From assembly GCA_963781585.1 (NCBI GenBank), contig CAWAGQ010000015.1:1-64000 (forward strand): a stretch of 64,000 bases of DNA, given 5' to 3'. Positions 1-10,066 of the stretch are shown here, in pieces (the first letter of the stretch is position 1; the number at the start of each line of letters is the position of its first letter). Source of the DNA: an uncultured Gemmatimonadaceae bacterium. Its GTDB lineage: Bacteria > Gemmatimonadota > Gemmatimonadetes > Gemmatimonadales > Gemmatimonadaceae. A program made the position numbers and the translations under genes. A model generated the notes under the pieces. The model searched no databases. It saw only the letters and a program-made list of their open reading frames with translations, and was not told where the DNA came from.

Positions 1-2
1 TC

Positions 3-284
3 ACGTACGATCTCATGGCGACCCCGGACGGCACCGGGTGGACCGTGAACTTTGCCAATCGCCCACCTGTGCCCGCCCGCATCGTCAGCGTGGGCGGCGA
101 CAGTATCGTCGTTGAATCCGGCCCCTATGAAAGCGTGCTGCAGAAGGGTGTCCAGGTCTCGACACACACAGTCTTCCACCTGCAGAGCGGCATGCTGAAA
201 GGCATGACCACCGCGCATTACGCCGGCGTCAAGACAGCCGATTCGGTGCGCATGCTGTCGCAGGAAGGAACGAAGAAGCCCTAA
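3..284 (+). CDS. Hypothetical protein, 5'-truncated by the window edge
   Basis: Frame is open from position 3 to TAA at 282-284; beta-strand-rich composition; followed by a hairpin. Confidence 0.7.
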   Translation, partial: TYDLMATPDGTGWTVNFANRPPVPARIVSVGGDSIVVESGPYESVLQKGVQVSTHTVFHLQSGMLKGMTTAHYAGVKTADSVRMLSQEGTKKP

Positions 285-299
285 CGAGACAGTACGAGA

Positions 300-328
300 G
301 ACGGGGAGCAAGTGAACGCTCCCCGTCA
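300..328. terminator. Stem-loop between convergent genes
   Basis: GACGGGGAGC-N8-GCTCCCCGTC perfect 10-bp stem about 15 nt after the stop. Confidence 0.6.
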
Positions 329-350
329 CCGTGCGGGCCGACCTTCGATC

Positions 351-393
351 TGCGGCCCTGCGGCCTCTGGCCTATGCCCTCTGGCCTGTGGCC
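351..393. repeat. Heptamer tandem array, TSTGGCC type
   Basis: tgcggcc ctgcggcc tctggcc tatgccc tctggcc tgtggcc. Confidence 0.75.
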
Positions 394-396
394 GCT

Positions 397-3141
397 TCAG
401 GGTTGGACCACCGCCTTCGTATTCGCGCCCCCCTTCCCCGCGTTCTTCACGTACACATCGAGCCACGCCACCCACCGCGCCCACTGATCGAGCACCGTCT
501 CGCGCGTGAGCGGGCCGTGATCCTCGTACGGATACATGTAGAGTGACGCGGTTTTGCCGTTCGCCCGCAACGCCTGCATCATCCGGATCGAGCTGATCGG
601 ATCGGTGCCGACGTTCTGGTCTTCCAGCGAGTGGTACATCAGCACCGCACCCTGCAGCTTGTCGGCATAGAGCATCGGCGACATGTCGAGATACGTCTTC
701 TGCCCGCTCCAGAGATCGCGCCGCTCGGTCTGGAATCCGTCGGGCGTGAGCGTGCGGTTGTACATCCCGTCGCCTGCGATCCCCGCCTTGAAGAACGGTG
801 TGTGCACCAGCGCATTCATGGTGCTGAACGCGCCGTAACTGTGCCCGCCGATCCCCAGTCGTGTGCGATCGATGTAGCCGTCCTTGTCCAGCTCGTCGAT
901 CGCCGATGAGAGATCCATCACCAGGTCGGAGACGTAGTTGTCGTTCATCGCGCCTTGCTCGCCCACGATCGGCGGGTCGAAGTCCGCGACCGCGTACCCC
1001 TGGGTGACGAGGTACTCGATGGTCCGCGGCGCGCCGTTCGGGAAGCTGTTGAGATTGGTGGTGCGCAGCGTGCGGTCGTAGCCGTTCTGCTCCGTATACT
1101 CGCGCGGATAGAACCAGAACATGCCGGGAAGTCGCGTGCCGGCACGGTAGTCGGCCGGCAGCGTGAGGCGCACCAGAAACCGGAACCCGTCGGCACGGGT
1201 CACGGTGATCCGCTTGCGGACGGCGTTGGTGAACTCCGGCGCGTAGTCCTTGTTGGTGGTGAGCTTCGTCATCGTGCCCGCCTTCACATCGCGCAGGTAC
1301 GAATCGGAAACGTCCTTCGGCGTCTCACGGTTCACGATCACTTTGGAAAAGTCATCGTCGAGTGCCGCGCCCACCGACTCGTCGGCGTCCTTCGCGCCCT
1401 CGAAGAGCCGCGTCTTCTGCCCGGACTGGATGTCCACCTTGTCGACGAACTCCACCGGGGGCTGCTGCTCGTAGTCCTTGTAGTAGCGCGTCCCCTGAAG
1501 GAAGACGGCGCCGTCGGACGAGACCATCGCCACCTGGCCGCCGGCGCTGCCGCGCTTGGTGACCAGCGCGCCGGGGTTCCCGTAGAACGAGAGCGAGTCG
1601 TCCGCGCCCGCTCCACCGCGACCGCCACCACCCCCGCCGCCGAACCGTCCGCCGCGGCCCGCGGCAAACGCCGGCGTGTACGCCCGCTGCCGGACGATCA
1701 CATGCTTCGTGGCGGGGTCGTCGAGATTCACGGCGAAGATCTCACCCTGTCCGCCGGCGGTCGTTCCCACGAAGATCGTCTTCGCGTCGTCGGTGAACAT
1801 CACCTGCGACATCGGCCCGTCGTTCTGATAGAGCACCTTCGTGTCGTTAGGCGCGAACGGCGGCATCCACTGCACCAGGCGGTCGGGGCGCGTGGCACCC
1901 TGCGCCCCTCGCCCCCCTGCGGCCCCGGCCCCGCCCCCACGGGCACCACGCGCGCCACCGGCCGCCACATCGGTGGAATCACTCCCGCCGCGACGTCCTC
2001 CGGGCACCTGCTCCAAGTAGTAGAGGCCCGGCCCCTGCGGCATCCACGAGAGCCCGCGCTTCGATCCGGTGCCCCCACCGCCACGACCGCCGAACCCGCC
2101 GCCCCCCGTGGTGTCGCCGGCGAAGCGCAGCGACCGCTTCGACAACTCGGCCAGCGCCTTCCCGGTCGCGTCCCAGATCTCTTCGGTAGACGGGAATGCG
2201 TTGTACTGTACGATGTACGAGAACGGCTTGTGCATCGTGGTGACGCGGAAATACTGCCCGTCCGGCGAGGCATCGACATTCGAGATCATCGCCGGCACGC
2301 CGATCTTCCGCACCGCCTTCGTCTTCACATCGATCAGCGCGAGCTGGCCCGTCACGTAGTACTCCATCAGCTCGGCGTCGAAAGGATCGTCGAGCAGGCT
2401 CGCGTAGTTCCGCTCCGACGCCTTCACCCCGTCGGTCCACGTGCGCACCAGCGGGCCGGTGGCGATCGCCGGCCGCTTCGGCTCGGGCGTGCGGTTGTCC
2501 GGGAGGAGCACCGTGATGACGCTCTTGCCATCGGCGGTCCAGTCGATCGACGTCTCGAGCGTGGCAAGGAGCGGCGTCTTCGTCACCTGCACCGACTTGC
2601 CGGTGGCGACATCGGCCACGTAGATCTGCGATGCATCGTCGAAGTTGGCGATGTAGGCCAGTTGCTTCCCGTCAGGCGACCACGCCGGGCTGCTGACCGT
2701 CGCCCCCTTTGGGGTCTCGATCGACATCGACTTGCCGGTCAGCGCGTCTATCAGAGCCAGACCAGCGGAGCCGCGATCGGTGAGCGTGCGGGCGCGATTC
2801 GCCTTGAAGTCGACCTGCAGCCCGGCGAAGTAGTAGTGCGGTTTCCCGAAGGTCTGCACGCTGGGCAGTCCCTCGCTTTCCTGCTTGAGGAAGTGACGCC
2901 GGTCAGGGCTGGGCTGCGCGAGCGTCACGTTCTGGAAGCGCGGCGCGGTCACGAGCTTCTGGATCTCCGGCGGCGGCACCTGGTACGACTCCGCGTCGAG
3001 GACGGCGCGGTCGGCCGCGAGCCACGGCGGGACGTCGTTCGGGTTCTGTGGGGGCGCCTGCTGCGCGCGCAGCGAGCTTGCGGCGATGAGGACCGCCAGC
3101 AGCGATCGGAGCACCAAACGAGGGGGGAAGGTCGGACGCAT
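397..3141 (-). CDS. Secreted S9 prolyl-oligopeptidase-family serine peptidase (beta-propeller plus alpha/beta hydrolase)
   Basis: Signal peptide from MRPTFPPRL (ATG 3141); PD40-like PAWSPDG repeats; GGHSYGA nucleophile, EDQNV Asp, EDHG His. Confidence 0.9.
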   Translation of the reverse strand: MRPTFPPRLVLRSLLAVLIAASSLRAQQAPPQNPNDVPPWLAADRAVLDAESYQVPPPEIQKLVTAPRFQNVTLAQPSPDRRHFLKQESEGLPSVQTFGKPHYYFAGLQVDFKANRARTLTDRGSAGLALIDALTGKSMSIETPKGATVSSPAWSPDGKQLAYIANFDDASQIYVADVATGKSVQVTKTPLLATLETSIDWTADGKSVITVLLPDNRTPEPKRPAIATGPLVRTWTDGVKASERNYASLLDDPFDAELMEYYVTGQLALIDVKTKAVRKIGVPAMISNVDASPDGQYFRVTTMHKPFSYIVQYNAFPSTEEIWDATGKALAELSKRSLRFAGDTTGGGGFGGRGGGGTGSKRGLSWMPQGPGLYYLEQVPGGRRGGSDSTDVAAGGARGARGGGAGAAGGRGAQGATRPDRLVQWMPPFAPNDTKVLYQNDGPMSQVMFTDDAKTIFVGTTAGGQGEIFAVNLDDPATKHVIVRQRAYTPAFAAGRGGRFGGGGGGGRGGAGADDSLSFYGNPGALVTKRGSAGGQVAMVSSDGAVFLQGTRYYKDYEQQPPVEFVDKVDIQSGQKTRLFEGAKDADESVGAALDDDFSKVIVNRETPKDVSDSYLRDVKAGTMTKLTTNKDYAPEFTNAVRKRITVTRADGFRFLVRLTLPADYRAGTRLPGMFWFYPREYTEQNGYDRTLRTTNLNSFPNGAPRTIEYLVTQGYAVADFDPPIVGEQGAMNDNYVSDLVMDLSSAIDELDKDGYIDRTRLGIGGHSYGAFSTMNALVHTPFFKAGIAGDGMYNRTLTPDGFQTERRDLWSGQKTYLDMSPMLYADKLQGAVLMYHSLEDQNVGTDPISSIRMMQALRANGKTASLYMYPYEDHGPLTRETVLDQWARWVAWLDVYVKNAGKGGANTKAVVQP

Positions 3142-3268
3142 CGTTGGATCCTCTGGGGGTGGGGCCGAGCGGGGTGACCGGACGCGGGACTTGGCGGGGG
3201 CTGGTCCGGACGCGGTCGCCTGCCGCCCTAACATACGTCTGATTTGCAGCGCTCGCTGCGGCCGAAAC

Positions 3269-4084
3269 TCAGGAGCCCCGGCTCACGACCTCCACCTGGT
3301 CCCCGACGCGCAGGCGCCCCGGGGCGTGGTGCGTGGCGTTCTGGCCGAAGTACACGTCAGATCCCTCCCGGCGATATGTCGCGAGGGTGCGCAAGGGCTC
3401 CTGTCCCCTGATGCCCGTGGCCTGATCGACGGTGGTCGTGGCACAGCGCGGGCATGCATTCGCGATCTCGAGGAGGACGCCGCCGGCGCGCACGGTCTGC
3501 CAGGCGTCTTCCTCGTAGGGCTCGGCGCCCCGGATGACGATGTTGGGCCGAAACCGGTTCATCGGCAGCGGCGTCGACAGCCGGGTGTTGAGATCGTCGA
3601 GCGAGGACTCCCCGATTACGAGCAGGGGCGAGCCGTCGGTCAGCGCGATCTGTCTCTGGCCGGACAGCGTCCCGGCGTACTTCCGAGCCATCGGAAGGTC
3701 GGCGTCGTCGGGCTGGTAGACGAGGCGACAGGGCCGTTCGAGAAACCTCGAGAGCCACTCACCCGCTTCTCCGTGCGCCACCAACACGCGGGTCTCACCG
3801 TCCCACACCCGTCCGGTGACCGATTCCGCGCCTGACGACTCTCTCGGTGTGGGCACTTCGAGCGGCGCCATGCCGGGCGCCTCGATACGGAGGCCGCCGG
3901 CGGTGATCGCGGGAACGAGGAGCGCGAGGCGGGGGATCTCGCGCTGTGAGAGAAAGCGGTGGTGCTCGTCGGTCACCATCCAGCGGCGGTCGCCCACCGC
4001 GCCGCGGTCGTCGAGCTCCATCTCCTGGAGCGCGACCCCGAGGGCCGACTTCAGGGGATAGATGTGGAGGGAGGAGATGAGCAC
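3269..4084 (-). CDS. MOSC domain protein (YcbX/mARC-like)
   Basis: LHIYPLKS, GDRRWM, RFRPNIV and CPRC motifs. Confidence 0.92.
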   Translation of the reverse strand: MLISSLHIYPLKSALGVALQEMELDDRGAVGDRRWMVTDEHHRFLSQREIPRLALLVPAITAGGLRIEAPGMAPLEVPTPRESSGAESVTGRVWDGETRVLVAHGEAGEWLSRFLERPCRLVYQPDDADLPMARKYAGTLSGQRQIALTDGSPLLVIGESSLDDLNTRLSTPLPMNRFRPNIVIRGAEPYEEDAWQTVRAGGVLLEIANACPRCATTTVDQATGIRGQEPLRTLATYRREGSDVYFGQNATHHAPGRLRVGDQVEVVSRGS

Positions 4085-4188
4085 GGAGGGCGGAGGGCGG
4101 AGGACGGCGCCGAGACGTCATCGCTCATGGGTCATGGCTCATAACCTACAGCCCCCGCCAGGACGTTCCGCAAGTCTGTCGTGATACT

Positions 4189-4210
4189 GGCACTGGTACG
4201 TACCAGTGCC
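4189..4210. promoter_or_regulatory. Perfect 22-bp palindrome (operator or terminator hairpin)
   Basis: GGCACTGGTAC|GTACCAGTGCC, intergenic, about 105 bp upstream of the MOSC gene. Confidence 0.5.
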
Positions 4211-4267
4211 GTGATATCGAAAGGCGCGAAGTGCCTGAGCGATCACGCCGGCGGAACGCGCGGTCCG

Positions 4268-5152
4268 CTATGGCAGCGGATTCGTCAGATCCAGGACGAT
4301 CCTCCACTGCCCGTTCGCCTCGCGCCGCCAGATCCGAAGGTAGTAGCCGTGCTCGTCTCCGGGTTGGGCCCCGCTGGCCGCGGTGAGAGTGTAGCTCCCC
4401 CACGTGTACCCGAAATCCCCCGCGGCGCCTGCGCCGCCACCGAGTGGTGCCGACCCATAGAGGCGCTTGTCGTTCGCCAGCGCACCACGCACCGCGCCCT
4501 GCCCCACCACGGGCGGCGTACCGTCACGGTAGAGCCGAGCATCCGCCGCCAGTCGGTTCGTCAACAGCGTCACCAGCATGGCTGGCGTTGCGCCTAACGA
4601 CGCGTCTACGCGCACCAGCGCGTCACGCCGGGCCGCGCCATCGGCAGAGGCAGGAGAACGGCCGCTCCGCACCGTAAGGCTGTCGGAAGCGACCGCGTCG
4701 TGTGTGATACCGATGTCGAGTGCCACCTTCCACGCTCCGGCGCCACCGGCACCGCGCGACCACATGGTCACGTAATGCCCAAACACAGGCGTGGCATCGG
4801 CACTCTGCGGCCGCAGCTCGAATGGCCCGGTCGTAAAGCCCAGTTCACCACTCGCCGACACCTCGGCATAGCGCGGCTCCCAGTTCAGATGCGCGCTCGA
4901 AGCCGCGTGGGTCGCGAACCACTGTCGCCCCGTCACCGGGCCGGGCCGGAAGATCACCGCGCTGTCGCCGAGGTTGGCGAGAAAGGCATCCCGGATACCG
5001 TGGTCGACCGAGGCCTTCGCGAAGGCGCGTTCGGCCGCCACCAATGACTCAACCGCGGCGTTCGACGACGCAGTCTGCGCGGCCGGACTGCGCGGGTGCA
5101 GTACGGCAAGCGCGAATACACAGCCGAGCGAAATCGGACGAGATGTGGTCAT
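4268..5152 (-). CDS. Secreted tandem NTF2/SnoaL-like (DUF4440-type) protein
   Basis: Signal peptide from MTTSRP; two repeats ending GELGFTTG..GHYVTMW..WKVALD and GDFGYTWG..GYYLRIW..WRIVLD. Confidence 0.8.
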   Translation of the reverse strand: MTTSRPISLGCVFALAVLHPRSPAAQTASSNAAVESLVAAERAFAKASVDHGIRDAFLANLGDSAVIFRPGPVTGRQWFATHAASSAHLNWEPRYAEVSASGELGFTTGPFELRPQSADATPVFGHYVTMWSRGAGGAGAWKVALDIGITHDAVASDSLTVRSGRSPASADGAARRDALVRVDASLGATPAMLVTLLTNRLAADARLYRDGTPPVVGQGAVRGALANDKRLYGSAPLGGGAGAAGDFGYTWGSYTLTAASGAQPGDEHGYYLRIWRREANGQWRIVLDLTNPLP

Positions 5153-5489
5153 GAGCAGGAAGTTCCGGTAGAAGAAGTCTCGATGCGCCCAAAAGCGAAC
5201 GCATTCCGCAACCGGCCGGAAGAGTCCGGGGACGACCTGACAGAATCGCGTGTCGAGTTCGCTCGCCCGGTGTTCCGTCCGCACTGTTTCATCACCCCGC
5301 CTCCCGTTTCGTGAACGCAGCGAGCGAGCCCGCATGGAGCGCAGCCGACTCCATAACGCGCGTCGCCCCATGCGGCTCCCGCGAGCACGACCGCAGGAGA
5401 ACGACCCGGCCCCGCCCTTGCCCTGCACCACCGGCTGTCGGCCGCACGATGGTGCGCGCCGCTCCGACTCCAACGCGAGGTGGGATCAA

Positions 5490-6632
5490 ATGAAAGTTGC
5501 GCGAGCGATGCTTCTTGTGGCCGCCGTGGCGGCGTGCAGCAACGATCACGACGCGTCACGCCAGTTTCCGCTGTCTCCGTCGGCGAACAGATCGACGGCC
5601 GTGATCGGGAACGTGTACACGATGGACAATTCCGCCTCGGGCAACTCGGTGCTCGTCTTCGACCGCGCGGCCGACGGCTCGCTCACGCCGGCGGGCTCGT
5701 ACGCGACCGGCGGGCTCGGCACCGGCGCCGGCCTCGGGAATCAGAGCGGGATGGTGCTGGACGAGTCGGGGAAGACGTTGCTGGCGGTCGACGCCGGAAG
5801 CAACCAGGTCACGTCGTTCCGCGTGAACGGAGACGGCAGTCTCGCGCTTGCGAGCACCGTCGGGTCGGGCGGCACGATGCCGATCAGCGTGACGACCGCT
5901 GGCCACCTGGTGTACGTGCTGAACGCGGGTGGAAGCGGCAACATCGTTGGATTCACTCTCTCCTCGCATGGTGCGCTCTCGATGATTCCGGGTTCAGCGC
6001 GGCCGCTCAGCACCGGCGCCTCGGGACCGGCGCAGATCGGCTTCGATCACACCGGGAGCCTGCTGGTCGTTTCCGAGAAGGCGACCAGCGCGCTCAGCAC
6101 CTACACGGTCGATCACGCCGGGCTGGCGACCGGTCCGGTGGTGACGCCTTCAAGCGGGTCCACTCCCTTCGGCTTCTCCTTCACGCAACACGGCACGCTG
6201 ATCGTGTCGGAGGCGGCCGGCGGCAGCGGCGGGACCAGCGCGGTATCGTCGTACGCTCCGGCCGGCAACGGCGGGTGGTCGATCATCAGCGGTTCGGTGG
6301 ACGATCATCAGATGGCGGCGTGCTGGATCGTGATCACGAACAGCGGGCGCTTCGCGTACACCACCAACGCGGCCAGCGGCACGATCAGCGGGTTTGGCGT
6401 GCAGCAGGGCGCACTGACGTTGCTCAATGCCAGCGGCGTGACGGGGAACGTGGGCGGCGGGACGTCGCCGATCGACATGACGACATCGCGCGACAGCAAG
6501 TATCTGTACGCGTTGGCGAGCGGCACGCACGCGATTTCCGCGTTTGCCGTCGGCGCCGACGGGTCGCTGTCGTCATTGTCCGGCGGCGCCAGCGGGCTTC
6601 CGGTGACGGCCAACGGCCTGGCGGCGCGCTAG
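5490..6632 (+). CDS. Lactonase-family beta-propeller lipoprotein
   Basis: Lipobox VAAC; repeated blades such as VYVLNAG, TPFGFSF, AACWI, GRFAYTTNA. Confidence 0.85.
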   Translation: MKVARAMLLVAAVAACSNDHDASRQFPLSPSANRSTAVIGNVYTMDNSASGNSVLVFDRAADGSLTPAGSYATGGLGTGAGLGNQSGMVLDESGKTLLAVDAGSNQVTSFRVNGDGSLALASTVGSGGTMPISVTTAGHLVYVLNAGGSGNIVGFTLSSHGALSMIPGSARPLSTGASGPAQIGFDHTGSLLVVSEKATSALSTYTVDHAGLATGPVVTPSSGSTPFGFSFTQHGTLIVSEAAGGSGGTSAVSSYAPAGNGGWSIISGSVDDHQMAACWIVITNSGRFAYTTNAASGTISGFGVQQGALTLLNASGVTGNVGGGTSPIDMTTSRDSKYLYALASGTHAISAFAVGADGSLSSLSGGASGLPVTANGLAAR

Positions 6633-6651
6633 GTGGCGCGTGATAAGCCCT

Positions 6652-6692
6652 CGCCCGGGGCGGAACCGCCGATTCTGGTTCCGCCCCGGGCG
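6652..6692 (+). terminator. 16-bp perfect stem-loop after the lactonase gene
   Basis: CGCCCGGGGCGGAACC-N9-GGTTCCGCCCCGGGCG; no U-tract. Confidence 0.55.
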
Positions 6693-6800
6693 CCGGGATA
6701 AGTTGGACCGGGATCATCTCATCGCCCAGCGAGCCCGGCGAGGGCGAGGCGGCGCTGCTCCGCGCGCGACGCCTCGCCCTGGCATTTGCGCTCTCCTCTG

Positions 6801-8612
6801 ATGGCACCTCGAATCACACTCCAGCGCGCGTTGTTAGGCACGGTTGTCGCCGCCATTCTCGTTGGCGTCGTGCCGGCCGGCTTCGCGCTCGACCGCCGCC
6901 TGGCCGGCGCGTTGATCGCCAAGGAGCGCTCCGATCTCGAGATGGCGCCGCACGTCCTGGCCGATCGGATGGCCGGACGCGCCGACGTGCTCAAGATGCA
7001 CGCCATGGAATTCGCGCGCTCGCCGGGCCTGGCCGAGGCCCTGTCGCGCGGCGACCGTCCGGGCGTGGAGCAGCTCGCGCAGCGGGCAGCTCCCGGACTG
7101 GACGGGAGCGAACCGGTGATCGTCGCCGCCGACGGCCGCGCGGTGGTGGGCCCGCCGCCCGACAGCGCCTGGGTGGACGCCACCCGACGCGGCACCACCA
7201 CGGTCTCGGTCGGTGTCGACCGCGGCGCGGTGTTCACCTTTGCCATCGCCCCCGTGGAGATGGGAGGCGCCTGGGCAGGCGCCGCCGGCCTCGCCTATCC
7301 CCTCGACTCTCGCGACGCGGACGCCCTCGCCCGGCTCACCCGCGCCGACGTCACCATTCTGGTGGATCCGCAAGCGACGGTCGCGGTGACCACCCTCGAC
7401 TCCGCCCTGGCGCAGGGGATCCGCCGCGTCTACTCGGCGCCGCGCGACACCGGCCAGGCGGTGGAATACCAGATCGGCCGCCGCACACTGCTGGCGGTCG
7501 CGGCGCCGCTGGGCGATGCCGCCCACGTGATCTTCTCGCGCGACCGCGACGCCGAGCTGGCGGTGATCCCGCAGTTGCATCGCGTCGCGTTGATCAGCGC
7601 GCTGCTGGCCCTGGCGGTGGCCCTCACGTTAGGCGCGGTGCTGGCCGCCCGCGTCAGCCGGCCCGCCCGCGAGCTCTCGGCGGCCGCCACCGCCATCGCC
7701 CAGGGTTCGTTCGACGCGCCCCTGCCCCACGGCTCGCGGATCGACGAGGTGGCGCGCGTCGCCGGGCGGTTCGAGGAGATGCGCGAGACGTTGCGACGCC
7801 AGATGACCGACCTGCGCCAGGCCAACGACGCGCTCGCCGATCGCAATGCGCGACTCGTGTCGCTGCAGGCCGATCTCATGCAGCGCGACCGGCTGGCCGC
7901 CACTGGGCGCCTGGTGGCCCAGCTGGCGCACGAGATCCGCAACCCGGTAGCCAACCTGCGGAATCTGCTCGAGCTGGTGCGGCGGCGGGTCGAGGGCGAC
8001 CCACAGGCGATCGAATATGCCGACCTGGCGATCGACGAGCTGCTGCGCATGCACGAGCTGGCGGAACAGATGCTGGATCTGAACCGGCCGCGCGATCCGG
8101 CGGCGCAGCGGTGCGACCCCGTGGCCGTGGCGCGCGAAGTCGCGCGGCTCGCCTCGGCCGGCGCGCTCGGCCGCGACCCGCGGCTCGTGGTGCGCGGGCC
8201 GGACCACGCACAGGCGGCGATCGCCCCCGATGCGCTCAAGCAGGTACTGGTGAATCTGGTCCAGAATGCGCGTGAGGCCGTGGCGCATGCCGGCAGCCGC
8301 ACCGCGCAGATCAGCATCGCCATCACCCGGCAGGACGCCGGCGTCACGATTGCGGTCGAGGACAACGGGCCGGGTGTGCCTGACGAGTTGCGCGAGCGGA
8401 TCTTCGACCCGTTCTTCACCACCAAGGGCGCGGTGCACGGCGTGGGGCTGGGACTGTTCGTGGCCGAAGGCCTGGTGCGGAGCGCCGGCGGCCGCCTGAC
8501 GCTCGCGGACGCGCCCGGCGGCGGCGCGCGGTTCGTCGTCGAGCTGCCGCTGGTGGCCCCCGTCCCTGTCCCCACCGCAACCCCGTCCACACCGGCGAGT
8601 GCCCCGCCATGA
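6801..8612 (+). CDS. HAMP-domain sensor histidine kinase (NtrB-like)
   Basis: Two TM segments, HAMP, H-box LAHEIRNP, N-box NLVQNA, DNGPG, PFFTTK, GVGLGL. Confidence 0.95.
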   Translation: MAPRITLQRALLGTVVAAILVGVVPAGFALDRRLAGALIAKERSDLEMAPHVLADRMAGRADVLKMHAMEFARSPGLAEALSRGDRPGVEQLAQRAAPGLDGSEPVIVAADGRAVVGPPPDSAWVDATRRGTTTVSVGVDRGAVFTFAIAPVEMGGAWAGAAGLAYPLDSRDADALARLTRADVTILVDPQATVAVTTLDSALAQGIRRVYSAPRDTGQAVEYQIGRRTLLAVAAPLGDAAHVIFSRDRDAELAVIPQLHRVALISALLALAVALTLGAVLAARVSRPARELSAAATAIAQGSFDAPLPHGSRIDEVARVAGRFEEMRETLRRQMTDLRQANDALADRNARLVSLQADLMQRDRLAATGRLVAQLAHEIRNPVANLRNLLELVRRRVEGDPQAIEYADLAIDELLRMHELAEQMLDLNRPRDPAAQRCDPVAVAREVARLASAGALGRDPRLVVRGPDHAQAAIAPDALKQVLVNLVQNAREAVAHAGSRTAQISIAITRQDAGVTIAVEDNGPGVPDELRERIFDPFFTTKGAVHGVGLGLFVAEGLVRSAGGRLTLADAPGGGARFVVELPLVAPVPVPTATPSTPASAPP

Positions 8613-9952
8613 CACCGGCCCCGGCGCGTCTCCTGGTGGTCGACGACGACCCCACCTTCCGCCTGACGACGGCCGCGCTGCTCGCCGCCGACGGATTCAC
8701 GGTGGACACGGCCGCCGATGGTCGAGAGGCGGTCGATCGCCTGCAGGAGACTCGCTACGACCTTCTCCTCGTCGACCTCCGGATGCCCGGCATCGACGGC
8801 CTGGGACTGGTGGAGGCGCTTCGTCTGTGGGGGCACGGAGTCCCGATCCTGATGATCTCGGGATTCGGCACGGTCGACAGCGCGGTACGCGCGCTCCACC
8901 TCGGCGCCGACGATTTCCTCGTGAAGCCGGTGGAGCCCGACGTGCTGAGCGCTCGGGTGAGCGAGCTCCTGGAACGGCGGCCGCAAGCGAAAGCCGAGGA
9001 TGCCACGGCGCCAGGGATCATCGGACGCTCCGGGGCGATGCGCGCACTGCTCGAGCGGATCGCACGGGTGGCGCCGACCGAGACCACGGTGCTGGTCACC
9101 GGCGAGACGGGAGTGGGCAAGGAGCTCGTGGCGCGCGCGGTGCATCTGGGGTCGCCGCGACGGGACGATCCGTTTCTCGCCGTGAACTGTGCGGCGCTCG
9201 CCGAGGGACTCCTGGAGAGCGAGCTGTTCGGGCACGTGCGCGGCGCCTTCACCGGCGCGATGCGCGACCGGGCGGGGGTGTTCGAGGCCGCGAACGGCGG
9301 CACGCTCTTTCTCGACGAAATCGGCGCCACATCGCCCGCGCTGCAATCGCGCCTGCTGCGCGCGCTGCAGGAACGCGAGATCACGCGCGTGGGGTCGACC
9401 ACCGCGGTTCCGGTGGACGTCCGAGTGATCGCCGCGACCAACCGCGACTTGCGCACACTGGTGGATGATGGAAGGGTGCGTGAGGACCTCTACTACCGGC
9501 TGGCGGTGTTCCCGCTGGCCGTTCCGCCGCTGCGTGAGCGGACGAGCGACATCCCGCTGCTCGTGGAGCACGCGCTGGGTCGACTGCGCCAACGGTTGCC
9601 GGACGGCGCGGGCCTCACCTGTTCTCCGCTCGCCATGCGATTGCTGCGTCGTTACGACTGGCCGGGCAACGTGCGACAGCTGTTCGCGGTGCTGGAGAGC
9701 GCGGCCATCTCGACCGAGAGCGGCCGGATCGAGGCCCAGCATCTTCCCGAAGAGGTGCGCGGCAGCCACGACGTGGATGCGCCGGTGCCGCGATACCGGT
9801 CGGATCAGCCGGCCGAGGACGAGCGGGCGGCGATCGAGGCGGCACTGGCGCAGTCCGGCGGAACGCTGTCACGCGCCGCCGAACTACTCGGCATGGGGCG
9901 GACGACACTCTGGCGGAAGATGCGGGGCTACGGGCTCAGTCCCGAGCGCTGA
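8609..9952 (+). CDS. Sigma54-dependent response regulator (NtrC/AtoC family)
   Basis: REC domain (VVDDD, DLRMP), GETGVGKE, GAFTGA, WPGNVRQL, Fis-type HTH; ATGA overlap with the kinase. Confidence 0.95.
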   Translation: MTPAPARLLVVDDDPTFRLTTAALLAADGFTVDTAADGREAVDRLQETRYDLLLVDLRMPGIDGLGLVEALRLWGHGVPILMISGFGTVDSAVRALHLGADDFLVKPVEPDVLSARVSELLERRPQAKAEDATAPGIIGRSGAMRALLERIARVAPTETTVLVTGETGVGKELVARAVHLGSPRRDDPFLAVNCAALAEGLLESELFGHVRGAFTGAMRDRAGVFEAANGGTLFLDEIGATSPALQSRLLRALQEREITRVGSTTAVPVDVRVIAATNRDLRTLVDDGRVREDLYYRLAVFPLAVPPLRERTSDIPLLVEHALGRLRQRLPDGAGLTCSPLAMRLLRRYDWPGNVRQLFAVLESAAISTESGRIEAQHLPEEVRGSHDVDAPVPRYRSDQPAEDERAAIEAALAQSGGTLSRAAELLGMGRTTLWRKMRGYGLSPER

Positions 9953-9986
9953 GGCGCGATCGAGTCCCGGAACGGCGCCGGGCGGT

Positions 9987-10021
9987 GTCCGCGGCGTGGA
10001 TCATTCCCGCACGCCGCGGAC
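9987..10021. terminator. Stem-loop between convergent genes
   Basis: GTCCGCGGCGTG-N11-CACGCCGCGGAC perfect 12-bp stem. Confidence 0.55.
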
Positions 10022-10066
10022 GGATCGGGGCCGACCGTGGTCATGCGGTCGGCGCGCAGTACGGGG

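Noticed and set aside
278..408. GCCTAAC/GTTAGGC copies as integron attC sites; the first gene's TAA lies in CCCTAAC
   Set aside because: The copies do not form complementary pairs within about 150 bp, most are intragenic, and there is no integrase.
955..3177. Long antisense or alternate-frame ORFs (also 7430-9769, 13823-15928, 31458-33170, 53414-55171)
   Set aside because: Shadow ORFs typical of high-GC DNA; they overlap well-supported genes and are Arg/Pro/Ala-rich without motifs.
5153..5489. Sigma54 promoter near the NtrC-type system (27335-27655 also checked)
   Set aside because: No convincing TGGCAC-N5-TTGC; the candidates I found had the wrong spacing.
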